From NCBI GenBank assembly GCA_963422365.1, contig OY729426.1, positions 2,080,001 through 2,144,000 of the forward strand: a stretch of 64,000 nucleotides of DNA. Reading direction: 5' to 3'. The notes beneath the pieces are model-generated. The model was not told where the DNA came from and did no database searches. It saw only the letters and a program-made list of their open reading frames with translations. Each line of letters starts with the position of its first letter. The first letter of the stretch is position 1. Of this stretch, positions 41,244-50,797 are shown in pieces. This DNA is from Nitrospirales bacterium. GTDB taxonomy: Bacteria > Nitrospirota > Nitrospiria > Nitrospirales > UBA8639. The position numbers and the translations under genes are program-made.

Positions 41244-41999
41244 TTATGATCGTCCGGAACGTACACCGGACCGCCGGAAGAGCGTCGGTAAGCCGAAGTA
41301 CGCAAAGGCGTCCTTTAAATTCGAGAACCAGCGCTTGGGTCGGCTTATCGTGGGATCGGTTACGTATTCCAACGTGAGGACGACACGTTCCTCCCCTTCG
41401 CCCAGGGGGGTCACAGTATGATGCAGTTTGTCGCCATTGAAAAAGATCAACAAACCAGGATCCGTTGAGAGGCTGAGTTCCTGCACTTCACGCCCAGACT
41501 CTTTGGTATGTAAGCGGCACGCTAACCGGCTGACGGATCGATCCACCAACCCAAGCAATACCGTATAGCGCGCGCCGTTGTAATAGGAGGTATCGTAGTG
41601 CCAACCAATGTGATCGCCTGGCTCGGTGTAAAAATACAGGGCGCAGGCATGTGGGTCATCATCAGGACATCGTTGTAACGGCGTCCCGACGATTCCGCTG
41701 AGCCACTCGATAAACGCCGGCGACTGGTAGAACAACAAAATCGATGGAGCGGCCTGGCGAAGCGAATAATAACTCACACTCCCGCCCTTTTTGTGCGTAG
41801 GGATGTAATTTCGATTTAATTGGGGCCGAACTCGTTCCACTTCTTCCATAAATTGTTCTATGACGCCTTGCGACACAAAGTGACTCAGGGTGACGAATTC
41901 GCCTTGTTCCCAAAACAGCGGCGCAACGTGATGAGCGGGATATCGAGCACATGCCTGATCGAGTTCCTCTATAATAGGGCTTTGTGTGATTTGATTCAT
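41244..41999 (-). CDS. 2OG-Fe(II) oxygenase (BesD/HalD-like fold, HxD type)
   Basis: IGWHYD...LHHTVTPL..GEERVV: HxD...H facial triad plus the 2OG-binding Arg. Confidence 0.75.
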   Translation of the reverse strand: MNQITQSPIIEELDQACARYPAHHVAPLFWEQGEFVTLSHFVSQGVIEQFMEEVERVRPQLNRNYIPTHKKGGSVSYYSLRQAAPSILLFYQSPAFIEWLSGIVGTPLQRCPDDDPHACALYFYTEPGDHIGWHYDTSYYNGARYTVLLGLVDRSVSRLACRLHTKESGREVQELSLSTDPGLLIFFNGDKLHHTVTPLGEGEERVVLTLEYVTDPTISRPKRWFSNLKDAFAYFGLPTLFRRSGVRSGRS

Positions 42000-42100
42000 C
42001 CGTGTTTTCTCGATTCTGAACTCTGATCGTACCTTACCGCAATGGCTCTCTCATTGGAACACGGCATGGAGGATTTCTGCCAACCCCCTGGAATTCTCTC

Positions 42101-42871
42101 TTGACCACAGATCAATTCAGTCACTATGCTCCCACTCCTCTTGCTCTATCTTCAACTCCTCACGGACTTTGCGGACAAGACGCGAACCTCACGGAGCGGC
42201 TCATGACTGTTGCGCTTCCCTTTCGTGAACCACGGTTGGGACAAGATTACTGGATCGAAGACAACATCCTTCCCAATGCCCTTCAAGTGGCGCAACGGTG
42301 TATTGCGAACAGTACCTGGACATTGGGCTCACCCTGGCGTCCGGAGCCTTGGCCTGGTATGAGGGCCCCCAATGCCCTTTTGCCAGAGGAATTGCGTCGC
42401 ATTGAGGAGTGCGTCACACAGCGACTCGGCATCCCGGCACTGCAACCGCAAACCGATTCGGACGTGGGGATCTCCGGCCATAATCATATACAACTTTGTG
42501 GCGGGGCCGAAGGCGTGGCACGTCCTCATGTCGATTCCGCGTCCATTTGCGATTATGCGGCGGTCCTGTACCTCCACCCCAATCCTCCGACTCCTCATGC
42601 AGGCACATCGTTTTATCGGATCCATATGCCGGGAGAAGAACCCGGTGGTAATGTCTGTCCACGGGAACATGAAAGTTTACGAGATATTCCCGGGATGCCT
42701 CAGGAAATAGACCCTACCCTCTTTGAGGAGATTATAGAGGTGTCCTACGTATTCAATCGACTATTGGCCTATAAATCCGACCTGATTCATTCTGCTACTT
42801 CGTATTTTGGGTGGGACACCGAACTCGCTTCAAAACGTATGGCCGTGGTGTTTTTTTGGAAAGTTCTGTGA
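42101..42871 (+). CDS. DUF6445-like 2OG-Fe(II) oxygenase
   Basis: PWPGMR, PHVDS, YAAVLYL, GTSFY, FNRLLAY...IHS, KRMAVVFF; start uncertain. Confidence 0.7.
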   Translation: MTTDQFSHYAPTPLALSSTPHGLCGQDANLTERLMTVALPFREPRLGQDYWIEDNILPNALQVAQRCIANSTWTLGSPWRPEPWPGMRAPNALLPEELRRIEECVTQRLGIPALQPQTDSDVGISGHNHIQLCGGAEGVARPHVDSASICDYAAVLYLHPNPPTPHAGTSFYRIHMPGEEPGGNVCPREHESLRDIPGMPQEIDPTLFEEIIEVSYVFNRLLAYKSDLIHSATSYFGWDTELASKRMAVVFFWKVL

Positions 42872-42942
42872 GGAAAAGACTCTGTCGAAGGAAAAGGGGA
42901 CAGATGGGTAACAATGCTTGCTCTCTTACCCTGCGAGGATTT

Positions 42943-44619
42943 TTAGTCTGTGGCGTTGAGCATCTCTTCGGCAGCCTTCCTGACTGTTTGCGTAATCGTC
43001 GTTCCTCCTAACATTCGCGCAATTTCTTCTTCTCGATCCTTAGCGTGGAGATATTTGACCGTCGCAACGGTTCGCTGATTCACGCTCTCTTTTTTCACCA
43101 GATACTGGTGGTGGGCGTGGGCTGCAATTTGCGGCAAGTGGGTGATGCACATCACTTGGTGTATTTGCCCCAAGGCTTTGAGGCGTTTGCCCATGGTCGC
43201 AGCCACATTGCCTCCAATTCCCGCATCCACTTCATCGAAAATTAACACGGGCACTTGATCCACACCCGCTAACACCGTTTTGATCGCCAGCATCAGCCGA
43301 GAGAGTTCTCCGCCTGATGCAACCCGCGCTAACGGTTGCAGGTTTTCTCCAGGATTCGCACAAAATTCGAACTCGATCTGATCAATACCATTTGGTCCAA
43401 TGTGTTCGGCTTGAGCGGTCACACTGATCCCAATACGGAATCGTGATTTTTCCATCTTTAATTGGGCCAACTCAGTCGCGATTGGTTTTTCAAGTTTTTT
43501 TGCGACGGCTTGACGAGATTCGGACAGCTTCCGCCCCAAGGCCCATAGGTCATGATAGGCGTGCGAGACTTGTTGCTGAAGATTCTCCATGTGTTCTTCA
43601 AGGTTCTCCCATTCGTCCAATTCAGATTGAATCTGGGTTTGACGAGCCAGTAAGCCCTCCAGCGACTTGCCGTATTTCTTTTTCAACCGTTGCAGGAACG
43701 CTAAACGCTCGTCGATCTGCGCGAGCCTTGTCGGGTCGTGTTCAACCCCATCTTTATAACTTCGGGTGGCCAAAACCAGTTCTTCAACCTGAGCGATACT
43801 GCCATCGGTCAACTCACTCCAATGACGAGTCGTCTCATCGATTATCCCCAACCCATGCATCAGTTTCTTGACTTCCGCTAGTTGGGAAAGGATCGACTCG
43901 TGATTGCGATACAACAGATCATAGGCCTGATTGGCGATTCCCGAAAGCCGACCACTATTCTGCAATTGTCGGTGTTCTCGTAGGAGCGCTTCATCTTCTC
44001 CAGGGATTAATTCGGCCTTCCTTAGTTCATCACGTTGAAAACGTAAAAATTCCTCGCGCTCTCGTCGCTCCTTTGACCGCTGGGTGACGTTTTCCATGGA
44101 CTGGACCAGTTCTTGCCATTGATGATAGTGCGTGGTGTACTCATCACGTAAACTCAGCAGGCCTCCGAATGCATCGAGGACGTGCATTTGTACTTTTGAC
44201 GAAAGGAGAGATTGCTGTTCATGCTGCCCATGAATATCGACCAACCAGCCACCCAATTCCACCATCTGATGCAATGGAACCAAGGTTCCATTCACATACA
44301 TTCGACTCCGTCCTTCACGTGAGAGAACTCGGCGAAGCAAGAGTTCCTGCGTGCCCCCCGGCAGCAGATCCCATTCTTTCAATTTTGTGAGAATCAGGGG
44401 GTGGTCTGATAAGGAGAACACCGCTTCTAACACGGCTTCCTTCGCCTCGCTGCGAATATGCTCGCCCGAGGCGCGTCCGCCTAGCACCAAGATCAAGGCA
44501 TCAACCAGGAGAGACTTTCCGGCTCCGGTCTCTCCCGTAAACACTTGAAAGCCCGGCGAGAACTCAAGTTCGAGGTAGTCAATAAGAGCAAAATGTGAAA
44601 TGCGCAGCTCAGCGAGCAT
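42943..44619 (-). CDS. recN: DNA repair protein RecN
   Basis: TGETGAGKS, DIHGQHEQ, ASGGELSR, IFDEVDAGIGG, CITHLPQIAA. Confidence 0.98.
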   Translation of the reverse strand: MLAELRISHFALIDYLELEFSPGFQVFTGETGAGKSLLVDALILVLGGRASGEHIRSEAKEAVLEAVFSLSDHPLILTKLKEWDLLPGGTQELLLRRVLSREGRSRMYVNGTLVPLHQMVELGGWLVDIHGQHEQQSLLSSKVQMHVLDAFGGLLSLRDEYTTHYHQWQELVQSMENVTQRSKERREREEFLRFQRDELRKAELIPGEDEALLREHRQLQNSGRLSGIANQAYDLLYRNHESILSQLAEVKKLMHGLGIIDETTRHWSELTDGSIAQVEELVLATRSYKDGVEHDPTRLAQIDERLAFLQRLKKKYGKSLEGLLARQTQIQSELDEWENLEEHMENLQQQVSHAYHDLWALGRKLSESRQAVAKKLEKPIATELAQLKMEKSRFRIGISVTAQAEHIGPNGIDQIEFEFCANPGENLQPLARVASGGELSRLMLAIKTVLAGVDQVPVLIFDEVDAGIGGNVAATMGKRLKALGQIHQVMCITHLPQIAAHAHHQYLVKKESVNQRTVATVKYLHAKDREEEIARMLGGTTITQTVRKAAEEMLNATD

Positions 44620-44642
44620 AATCACGGCGCATACTCACCATC

Positions 44643-44990
44643 CTAGGCAGTAGCAGGGTGCTGTGTGAGAAGCAAATCAATGACGTGTTTGAATTGGGTT
44701 TTGGGTCTTGCGCCCACTATTTTTTCAACCGGCTGTCCGTTTTTAAAAAAGAGAATCGTGGGAATGCTCATGATTTGAAACTTGCCGGCAATCTCGGGAG
44801 ATTCATCGGTATTGAGTTTCATGACCTTTAATTTTCCCTCGTATTCTTTGGCCAATTCTTCGACGATCGGGGCAACCATCTGACAGGGCCCGCACCAGAC
44901 AGCCCAAAAATCCACCATCACCAATTTATCGGTCTGACCCACCTCAGCTTCCCAATTGATAGCCGTTGCTTGAGCGACGAGTTCGGACAT
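44643..44990 (-). CDS. trxA: Thioredoxin
   Basis: VDFWAVWCGPC, SIPT cis-Pro loop. Confidence 0.97.
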   Translation of the reverse strand: MSELVAQATAINWEAEVGQTDKLVMVDFWAVWCGPCQMVAPIVEELAKEYEGKLKVMKLNTDESPEIAGKFQIMSIPTILFFKNGQPVEKIVGARPKTQFKHVIDLLLTQHPATA

Positions 44991-45118
44991 AGCATCCTCC
45001 TTTTTCCGACAATGACTCCACGATCTCTTTCTATAAAAAATGAAAGGAATCCTAAACGCGTCGCCGAAAGAGTGTCAACTTCCGCGAATGGAAACGGGTG
45101 CCAACCCGCGCCTTTTTA

Positions 45119-45170
45119 TCATTCTGAGAGAAGCGAAGAATCTCGCTTGCCTGAACAAAGACAAGCAGAT
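45119..45170 (+). repeat. Degenerate TCATTCTGAG..GAAGAATCT REP-like element
   Basis: tcattctgagagaagcgaagaatctc followed by the gcttg...caagc hairpin and agatcc. Confidence 0.5.
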
Positions 45171-45191
45171 CCTTTTTGAGTCAGAGTCGCC

Positions 45192-46205
45192 TTACCATTG
45201 CCATTGTTCAGGCACTCCAGCCCACCAATTTTCAGGGTGTGTCTTTTTCCAGGCTTGCACCTCTAACCATAATTGATTCACGCGAGGCTTATCCAGACGG
45301 TTGGCCAGGCCAGCCACCAAATCATATTGTTGCCGGACCCCTTCATGCAGCAGTTCTTTTGCCATCCTATCCAACAGACCAGGAGGATCAACAAGATCCA
45401 GGGTGCCGCGGTCGACCATGGAAAGTGCCAACTGCCCCACCTTGACCCACTCGTCCCGTTTGGCTAACCACTCCAAATACCCATCCAGCGCATGATATAC
45501 ATAAATGAGATGCACGTAACTTTCGACAGAGGGCGATTGATCGACGTTCATTTGGCAGGCTTCAACCGCACGACGGTAATCCCCGGCAGCCAGATACACT
45601 TTGGCCCGGGCCAATGGAGGTTTGTCAACCGGTAGAAAAGACTTTTCTCTATCATTAATTCTTTTTCGTTCAGCTAAATATTCAAAATATTCATTTTCTA
45701 ATGCCTCTAAAACTGCTGGAAAGTCAGGGTGAATATCAGCTAATGTGCCACCTTGACTAGTTGCCTTATCCTCAAGTTTGTGTAAATTAGCAATGTCTCT
45801 CTGTATATTTTTAATTTTAACTCTAACCTTTCCAGTATCTCGTTCTACTCCTTTAGAGTCTGGTGCATATCTATTTATTGGATTTTTTGGATCAAGACCG
45901 CTTATTCCCTTGAAGTAATTTGGAGGCTTTGGGGCTGCACGATTTTTTCTGCGACTTGCAGCAATTTCTTCATCTGTAATATCTCGCATATTATGATCGA
46001 CAAATTGTCTATAAGAATCTGGCGTTTTCTCATTAAAATAATCTTGCTCCCTATTATAAGCATCTGTGTCTCGACGAAACCTATCAAGCTTCTGAATCGA
46101 GCTTTCCGCAACCGAAACACTTGTTCCGGTTAGACACCATCCGAGAAACACCAACAGAAGACTCAGGTGAATCGTTCGAGACTGACACCAAGTCAGCACG
46201 TTCAT
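45192..46205 (-). CDS. Secreted hypothetical protein (TPR-like helices) carrying a 149-codon AT-rich in-frame insert
   Basis: Signal peptide, then an AT-rich block (45642-46088), then the LARAKVYLAAGDYRRAVEAC helical domain at host-like GC. Confidence 0.7.
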   Translation of the reverse strand: MNVLTWCQSRTIHLSLLLVFLGWCLTGTSVSVAESSIQKLDRFRRDTDAYNREQDYFNEKTPDSYRQFVDHNMRDITDEEIAASRRKNRAAPKPPNYFKGISGLDPKNPINRYAPDSKGVERDTGKVRVKIKNIQRDIANLHKLEDKATSQGGTLADIHPDFPAVLEALENEYFEYLAERKRINDREKSFLPVDKPPLARAKVYLAAGDYRRAVEACQMNVDQSPSVESYVHLIYVYHALDGYLEWLAKRDEWVKVGQLALSMVDRGTLDLVDPPGLLDRMAKELLHEGVRQQYDLVAGLANRLDKPRVNQLWLEVQAWKKTHPENWWAGVPEQWQW

Positions 46206-46351
46206 AACGCCCTCCCCGTCGGTTAAAGTTTCGTCATGCGGTCGAAGACAGAATACTACGTCTCGATCCATGAATGCATGAAGCTTAACTTATTCACAAT
46301 GCTGTGATAAAAATGCTTAAACCTCGCACGCCATACAGCAGGGATTCAACA

Positions 46352-47047
46352 ATGTACGCTTTGATACTGGTTGTAGGATTGGTCTTCGCATCCTCCCTCG
46401 TGAACGCGGAGCCAGAATCATGGAAGACACTCAATACGGCCGGCATGTTGGCCTATAAAGAACGCAATTTTGTCATGGCCAAAGAGATGTTTCACCGGGC
46501 CTTGAACGTCCTCGGAGGAACAACCGCGCTTGAGCCTCGCATCGCCACAACCCTCAATAATTTAGGCGCAGCCCATGAAGCATTGGGAGAGTACGCACAG
46601 GCAGAACTCCGTTATCGTCATGCTCTTACGATGATTGAAACAATCCAAGGCCCTGATCATCCTGATGTCGTGGTCGGATTAAACAATCTGGCCTCTTTGT
46701 ATTTTTCGCACAGAGCGTTTGCCAAGGCAGAGCCTCTTTGGCAAAGAGGTCTGTCTATCAGCGAAAGTTTTTTGGGAGACACCCACCCCCATCTTATCCA
46801 AACCCTCGTCACCTTAGGACTCGTGACACAGGTACAAAAAAAGTTTGATCGGGCAGAAACCTACTATAGACGCGCCATTCAAATCGGCAAATATTCCTTA
46901 GGCGCTGAACATTCCAGCCTGATTGCCCTCTATGAGCGATATGCCTCATTATTGCGCCAGGCCGACCGTGAAGAGGAAGCACAAGTGGTCGATCGCCAGG
47001 CGGAGACCATTCGAGACACGAATAAACTTTCCTCTCCGCCTGAGTAG
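46352..47047 (+). CDS. Secreted tetratricopeptide-repeat protein (kinesin-light-chain-type TPRs)
   Basis: ATTLNNLG...GEYAQAE, GPDHPDV...LNNLA, GDTHP repeats. Confidence 0.88.
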   Translation: MYALILVVGLVFASSLVNAEPESWKTLNTAGMLAYKERNFVMAKEMFHRALNVLGGTTALEPRIATTLNNLGAAHEALGEYAQAELRYRHALTMIETIQGPDHPDVVVGLNNLASLYFSHRAFAKAEPLWQRGLSISESFLGDTHPHLIQTLVTLGLVTQVQKKFDRAETYYRRAIQIGKYSLGAEHSSLIALYERYASLLRQADREEEAQVVDRQAETIRDTNKLSSPPE

Positions 47048-47151
47048 ACCGGCAGAATGTTGAAATAGACCTGTCCTGCCTGCCCTGCGTGGAACGGAAC
47101 CTGAAGGTTTCTCATCTTGACCACGGGATTCACCCTGGGTAAAATTCAGCT

Positions 47152-47436
47152 ATGGCACGAATTCCGTTTGATCCTCGCTCCTTTGATTCCACGCGCCCCG
47201 GTATGCGGCGCCCCCAACCCGGACCTCGTCAGGCTGATCCGACGGCCCAATTTCGTTCGCTGAATGCTACCCTCTTGTTTTGCCCGAATTGCAAAGAGGC
47301 GACACCGGCACGGGAGCGGCTCTTGCTCGTCCTGCCATCAGGCAACAAATATGAATACGTGTGTTCCTTCTGCGGCACCTCTACCGGCGAAAAAATCGAC
47401 CAGGACCAACAAGCGCCTCCGTTAATTATCCCCTGA
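47152..47436 (+). CDS. Small zinc-ribbon hypothetical protein
   Basis: CPNC...RERLLLVLPSG.KYEYVCSFCG. Confidence 0.7.
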   Translation: MARIPFDPRSFDSTRPGMRRPQPGPRQADPTAQFRSLNATLLFCPNCKEATPARERLLLVLPSGNKYEYVCSFCGTSTGEKIDQDQQAPPLIIP

Positions 47437-47460
47437 CTTTTTTGAAAACCTTCTCACGGT

Positions 47461-49314
47461 TCAGCGGTTTTTTTCAGGAACCGGCAAGCCTTCCATGGCC
47501 ATGATGCGAAGAGCATTGGTGGTAGGACAGGGCCCCGGACGGAGCCGATAGTCGAACTTCAATTGCTTTTCACCGACCGTTTCTTGAAAATGAACGTTGA
47601 CGAGACCTGCCAATTCTTTTTCCAGGTTGGCTAACTCCACGTCATGCGTCGTGACGAGACCCAATCCATATCCGGCGGTCAGCTCGCGAATAAACGCTTC
47701 GCTTCCTACTAATCGTTCTCGATTATTCGTTCCTTTGAACATTTCATCGATGAGAAATAACACCGGAGGCTCACTATTGACGCCCATCGCTACCAACAGA
47801 TTTTTCAGGCGCTTGACTTCAACATAGAAATACGACAGCCCCTCTTCGAGGGTATCCCCAACTCTCATGCAGGTCTGCATTCGCAGCCACGACCATTCCC
47901 AGGATTCGGCACACACCGGTCCTCCGGCCTGCGCTAAGCAGACATTGATCCCAACCGTTCGTAAAAACGTGCTTTTTCCTGACATATTGGAGCCGGTGAC
48001 CAGGAAGACCTGGCCTAAGCCTTTGAGGGTCAAATCATTGTTGATGCGTTGTCGATGGGCAATCAGGGGATGACCGATAGATGTTCCGGAAATGCCGATC
48101 TCGGCAACCTCCCCCTCCGGCCTTCTGTGGGGCCACGTATAGGATGGATTCAAGTAGGCAAACGTGGCAAGAGACATCGCCGCATCAATGGTTGCCAATC
48201 GTTCGATCCAATCCGACAAAACGGGTCGAAGTCGGCTGCAGACCTTCTGCAAATACCACGTCCACGCTAAATCCCAAGGGACCACGATATGCATCGCAAT
48301 ATGAAAGAGTGGATGCGCTTTAAAACTGAGTCCGCTGCAGATTCTCGCAAGTTGTTTAATAGCCGCCGAGGGTTGTCTATCCCAGGCCCTCAACGGTTCG
48401 GTCACGGTCTGAAGCACCGGAAAACGCCGAAACGACCGCTTCTCGAAAATACCGATGACTGCAGCGAGTTTGTCCAACTCCACATGTAAGTCGAGGGTCC
48501 GTTCAAACACATGGCTCAACCGCCCCCCGGCTACGAGCAGCAACAACACGTAGCCCAGAAAGGGAACGATCCAATATCCCGGGCCTCCGCTCACGACCCA
48601 GAAGACGAACAGGAGTATATCGAGGCCAGCCAAGCCACTCGCCAGCAGCAACAGCGGACCTAACTGAGCGACATGCCCGGTATTGCCTAACAGGCTCCAC
48701 AGGCGATCGGCATTGAGGGGGGTGGGACTCATGCATTTCGTTACGAGTTGAATCCGATCTCGTAATCCCTTTAATGGGGTAAGGGCTTGAACGAGTTTCT
48801 GTCGATTTTCCCATTGGTCGAAAGAGCACGGGTACACATGTTGATGCGCCACCCAGTCCATCAGCCTCGTCTGCCCTTCTCGTGATATCGTCGTGTCCAA
48901 CAAACGAAGCAAAGAATACTCCCCGACAAGATCAAGATCAGCACCGTACGGGTGATCAGAGGGTAGACTCATCGTTGTTTCCTGGATACCGTTCCAATCC
49001 ACACGGAGACGAGCCAAACTTCTTTCTTGAATCTCAAGCCACACCCCAAGGCGACGCAACCGGCTTTCCAAGCGGTGATGAACGTGAGCCACCCCCAGAA
49101 AGCAAAGAAGAAACCCCAGAAACGTCCAATTCCCCATGACGAACCATCCAAGGTTGTACACCACGGCGCAAACCGCAATCCCGACAAGCACGAATCCCAT
49201 ACGGCCCCGGCTCAGGGCCAAACTGACATGCCGGCCTTTTTGAAGAAGGCGTGTACCTCGTTCACTGCCGCGGGATATGATACGGTCGCGTTTGTGCTGA
49301 CGGTCATTCATCAT
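47461..49314 (-). CDS. Membrane-anchored MutS domain V family ATPase
   Basis: N-terminal TM helices; TGSNMSGKSTFLR, LIDEMFKGTN, TTHD; no mismatch-binding domain. Confidence 0.88.
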   Translation of the reverse strand: MMNDRQHKRDRIISRGSERGTRLLQKGRHVSLALSRGRMGFVLVGIAVCAVVYNLGWFVMGNWTFLGFLLCFLGVAHVHHRLESRLRRLGVWLEIQERSLARLRVDWNGIQETTMSLPSDHPYGADLDLVGEYSLLRLLDTTISREGQTRLMDWVAHQHVYPCSFDQWENRQKLVQALTPLKGLRDRIQLVTKCMSPTPLNADRLWSLLGNTGHVAQLGPLLLLASGLAGLDILLFVFWVVSGGPGYWIVPFLGYVLLLLVAGGRLSHVFERTLDLHVELDKLAAVIGIFEKRSFRRFPVLQTVTEPLRAWDRQPSAAIKQLARICSGLSFKAHPLFHIAMHIVVPWDLAWTWYLQKVCSRLRPVLSDWIERLATIDAAMSLATFAYLNPSYTWPHRRPEGEVAEIGISGTSIGHPLIAHRQRINNDLTLKGLGQVFLVTGSNMSGKSTFLRTVGINVCLAQAGGPVCAESWEWSWLRMQTCMRVGDTLEEGLSYFYVEVKRLKNLLVAMGVNSEPPVLFLIDEMFKGTNNRERLVGSEAFIRELTAGYGLGLVTTHDVELANLEKELAGLVNVHFQETVGEKQLKFDYRLRPGPCPTTNALRIMAMEGLPVPEKNR

Positions 49315-49526
49315 GCTGACCGACGACGGTCCGTACGATAGGGAGTCACGTCACCACACCTCAAGGCTCCTTGCCTCAATCGTGTGAACTTCACCTCTGT
49401 GGAGGCGCGTGAATGGACGGGATTATTCAAAGGCGTCACGGTTCCCAACAAAGTCCCCTCTCATTTCACGCAAGCCGAGTGGGAGGGCAACATGTTTGAA
49501 CACGGGGGAATGGAATGCGTTATTCT

Positions 49527-49925
49527 TTATTCTGGAGACAACCGTCTTGAAGGATTCTCGGGAAGGCTTTCTAAATACTCCAGTAAGGCTCGATAGGCCA
49601 GTTCGCGGACTTTGGCTTTCGTCGCCGGTTCTCCATCCAGACTGCGTTTCAGCCAAACCACATCCTGAACTTGGGCGTTTGCATGATTACACAGCGTCCA
49701 CATGTGATGAAGAAATTCCACCGACAATCCAACTTGCACCCCTTCCGATTCAATGCGATCGTCTAAGATAGCCAAAAGGTCTGAAATAGCTTGATCGGCC
49801 CGATACGGCTTCGAAGCATACCCGAACGCCTTCGTGATGGCCTCCTCTTGTTTAGCCTGCTCAACCAAATCATGCATATACTCTTTCAAGAGTCCGATTT
49901 GTCGACCTGAGAGACGCATGGTCAT
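49527..49925 (-). CDS. Hypothetical protein
   Basis: 132-aa helical ORF with plausible composition; no motif recognised. Confidence 0.6.
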   Translation of the reverse strand: MTMRLSGRQIGLLKEYMHDLVEQAKQEEAITKAFGYASKPYRADQAISDLLAILDDRIESEGVQVGLSVEFLHHMWTLCNHANAQVQDVVWLKRSLDGEPATKAKVRELAYRALLEYLESLPENPSRRLSPE

Positions 49926-50046
49926 TTCGAGGATAATTCGATTGCACTCCAGCAGGAAGATGCGGATTCCCGTATCTCAACTTCTTGAGATCAGCAAGCG
50001 CATTGCGGACTTCAGCACGTCAACACAGGAGATCGACGGACGTCAA

Positions 50047-50673
50047 CTAGGCCTTGCCTTCGTCTCCCCACAATTCGGCTAAGCGGGCATCGCGTCCACA
50101 GGTGAAACGGTAAAATTTATAGCGAATCGGGTTTTTGCGATAAAAATCTTGATGGTACTCCTCTGCCGGATAAAATTCCGTGGCTGGGGTAATTTCCGTG
50201 ACGATTGGAGCGCTAAAGGTTTTGGGTTGTTCGATTGCCTCTTTCGACGACTCTGCTGATTGACGCTGCTCATCGTTATGATAGAAGATCGCAGGACGAT
50301 ATTGGTTTCCATGATCACAAAATTGCGCATCCGGCGTCGTAGGATCAATATTGCGCCAATAGACGGTTAACAACTCTTGATAACTGATTTTTTGAGGATC
50401 ATACGCAATCTGAACAGCCTCGGCATGTCCCGTTCCTCCGGCAGAGACCTCTTCGTAGGTTGGATTGACAGTCTGCCCGCCCGTATACCCTGACGTTGTG
50501 GAAAGCACGCCATCAAGTTTATCGAACGGGCCTTCCATGCACCAGAAACATCCTCCGGCGAACGTGGCCATTGCATAGTCGCCCTTGGCCATTTCACTTA
50601 TTGACGGACTGTTCATACCGACGAACAGCCACCCCACTAGTACGAGGAAGAGAAAAAATTTGCAGCCTGTCAT
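50047..50673 (-). CDS. msrA: Peptide-methionine (S)-S-oxide reductase (exported)
   Basis: FAGGCFWC, GHAEAV, FYPAEEYHQDFY; signal peptide. Confidence 0.96.
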   Translation of the reverse strand: MTGCKFFLFLVLVGWLFVGMNSPSISEMAKGDYAMATFAGGCFWCMEGPFDKLDGVLSTTSGYTGGQTVNPTYEEVSAGGTGHAEAVQIAYDPQKISYQELLTVYWRNIDPTTPDAQFCDHGNQYRPAIFYHNDEQRQSAESSKEAIEQPKTFSAPIVTEITPATEFYPAEEYHQDFYRKNPIRYKFYRFTCGRDARLAELWGDEGKA

Positions 50674-50797
50674 TGCCGTGCCTCCTTGATCGGGTGCGAG
50701 GGTGTCTTATTCATTCTACTCCGTGTGGAAAAGGCTGTGCAGATATTTTCTAGGCCCATACCCTTCCTCCATCTTCCATATCCAAGCCTGACGCTCT

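Noticed and set aside
45642..46088. Intein or self-splicing intron
   Set aside because: No N-terminal Cys/Ser block, no terminal HN, no homing-endonuclease motif and no evident group I/II structure.
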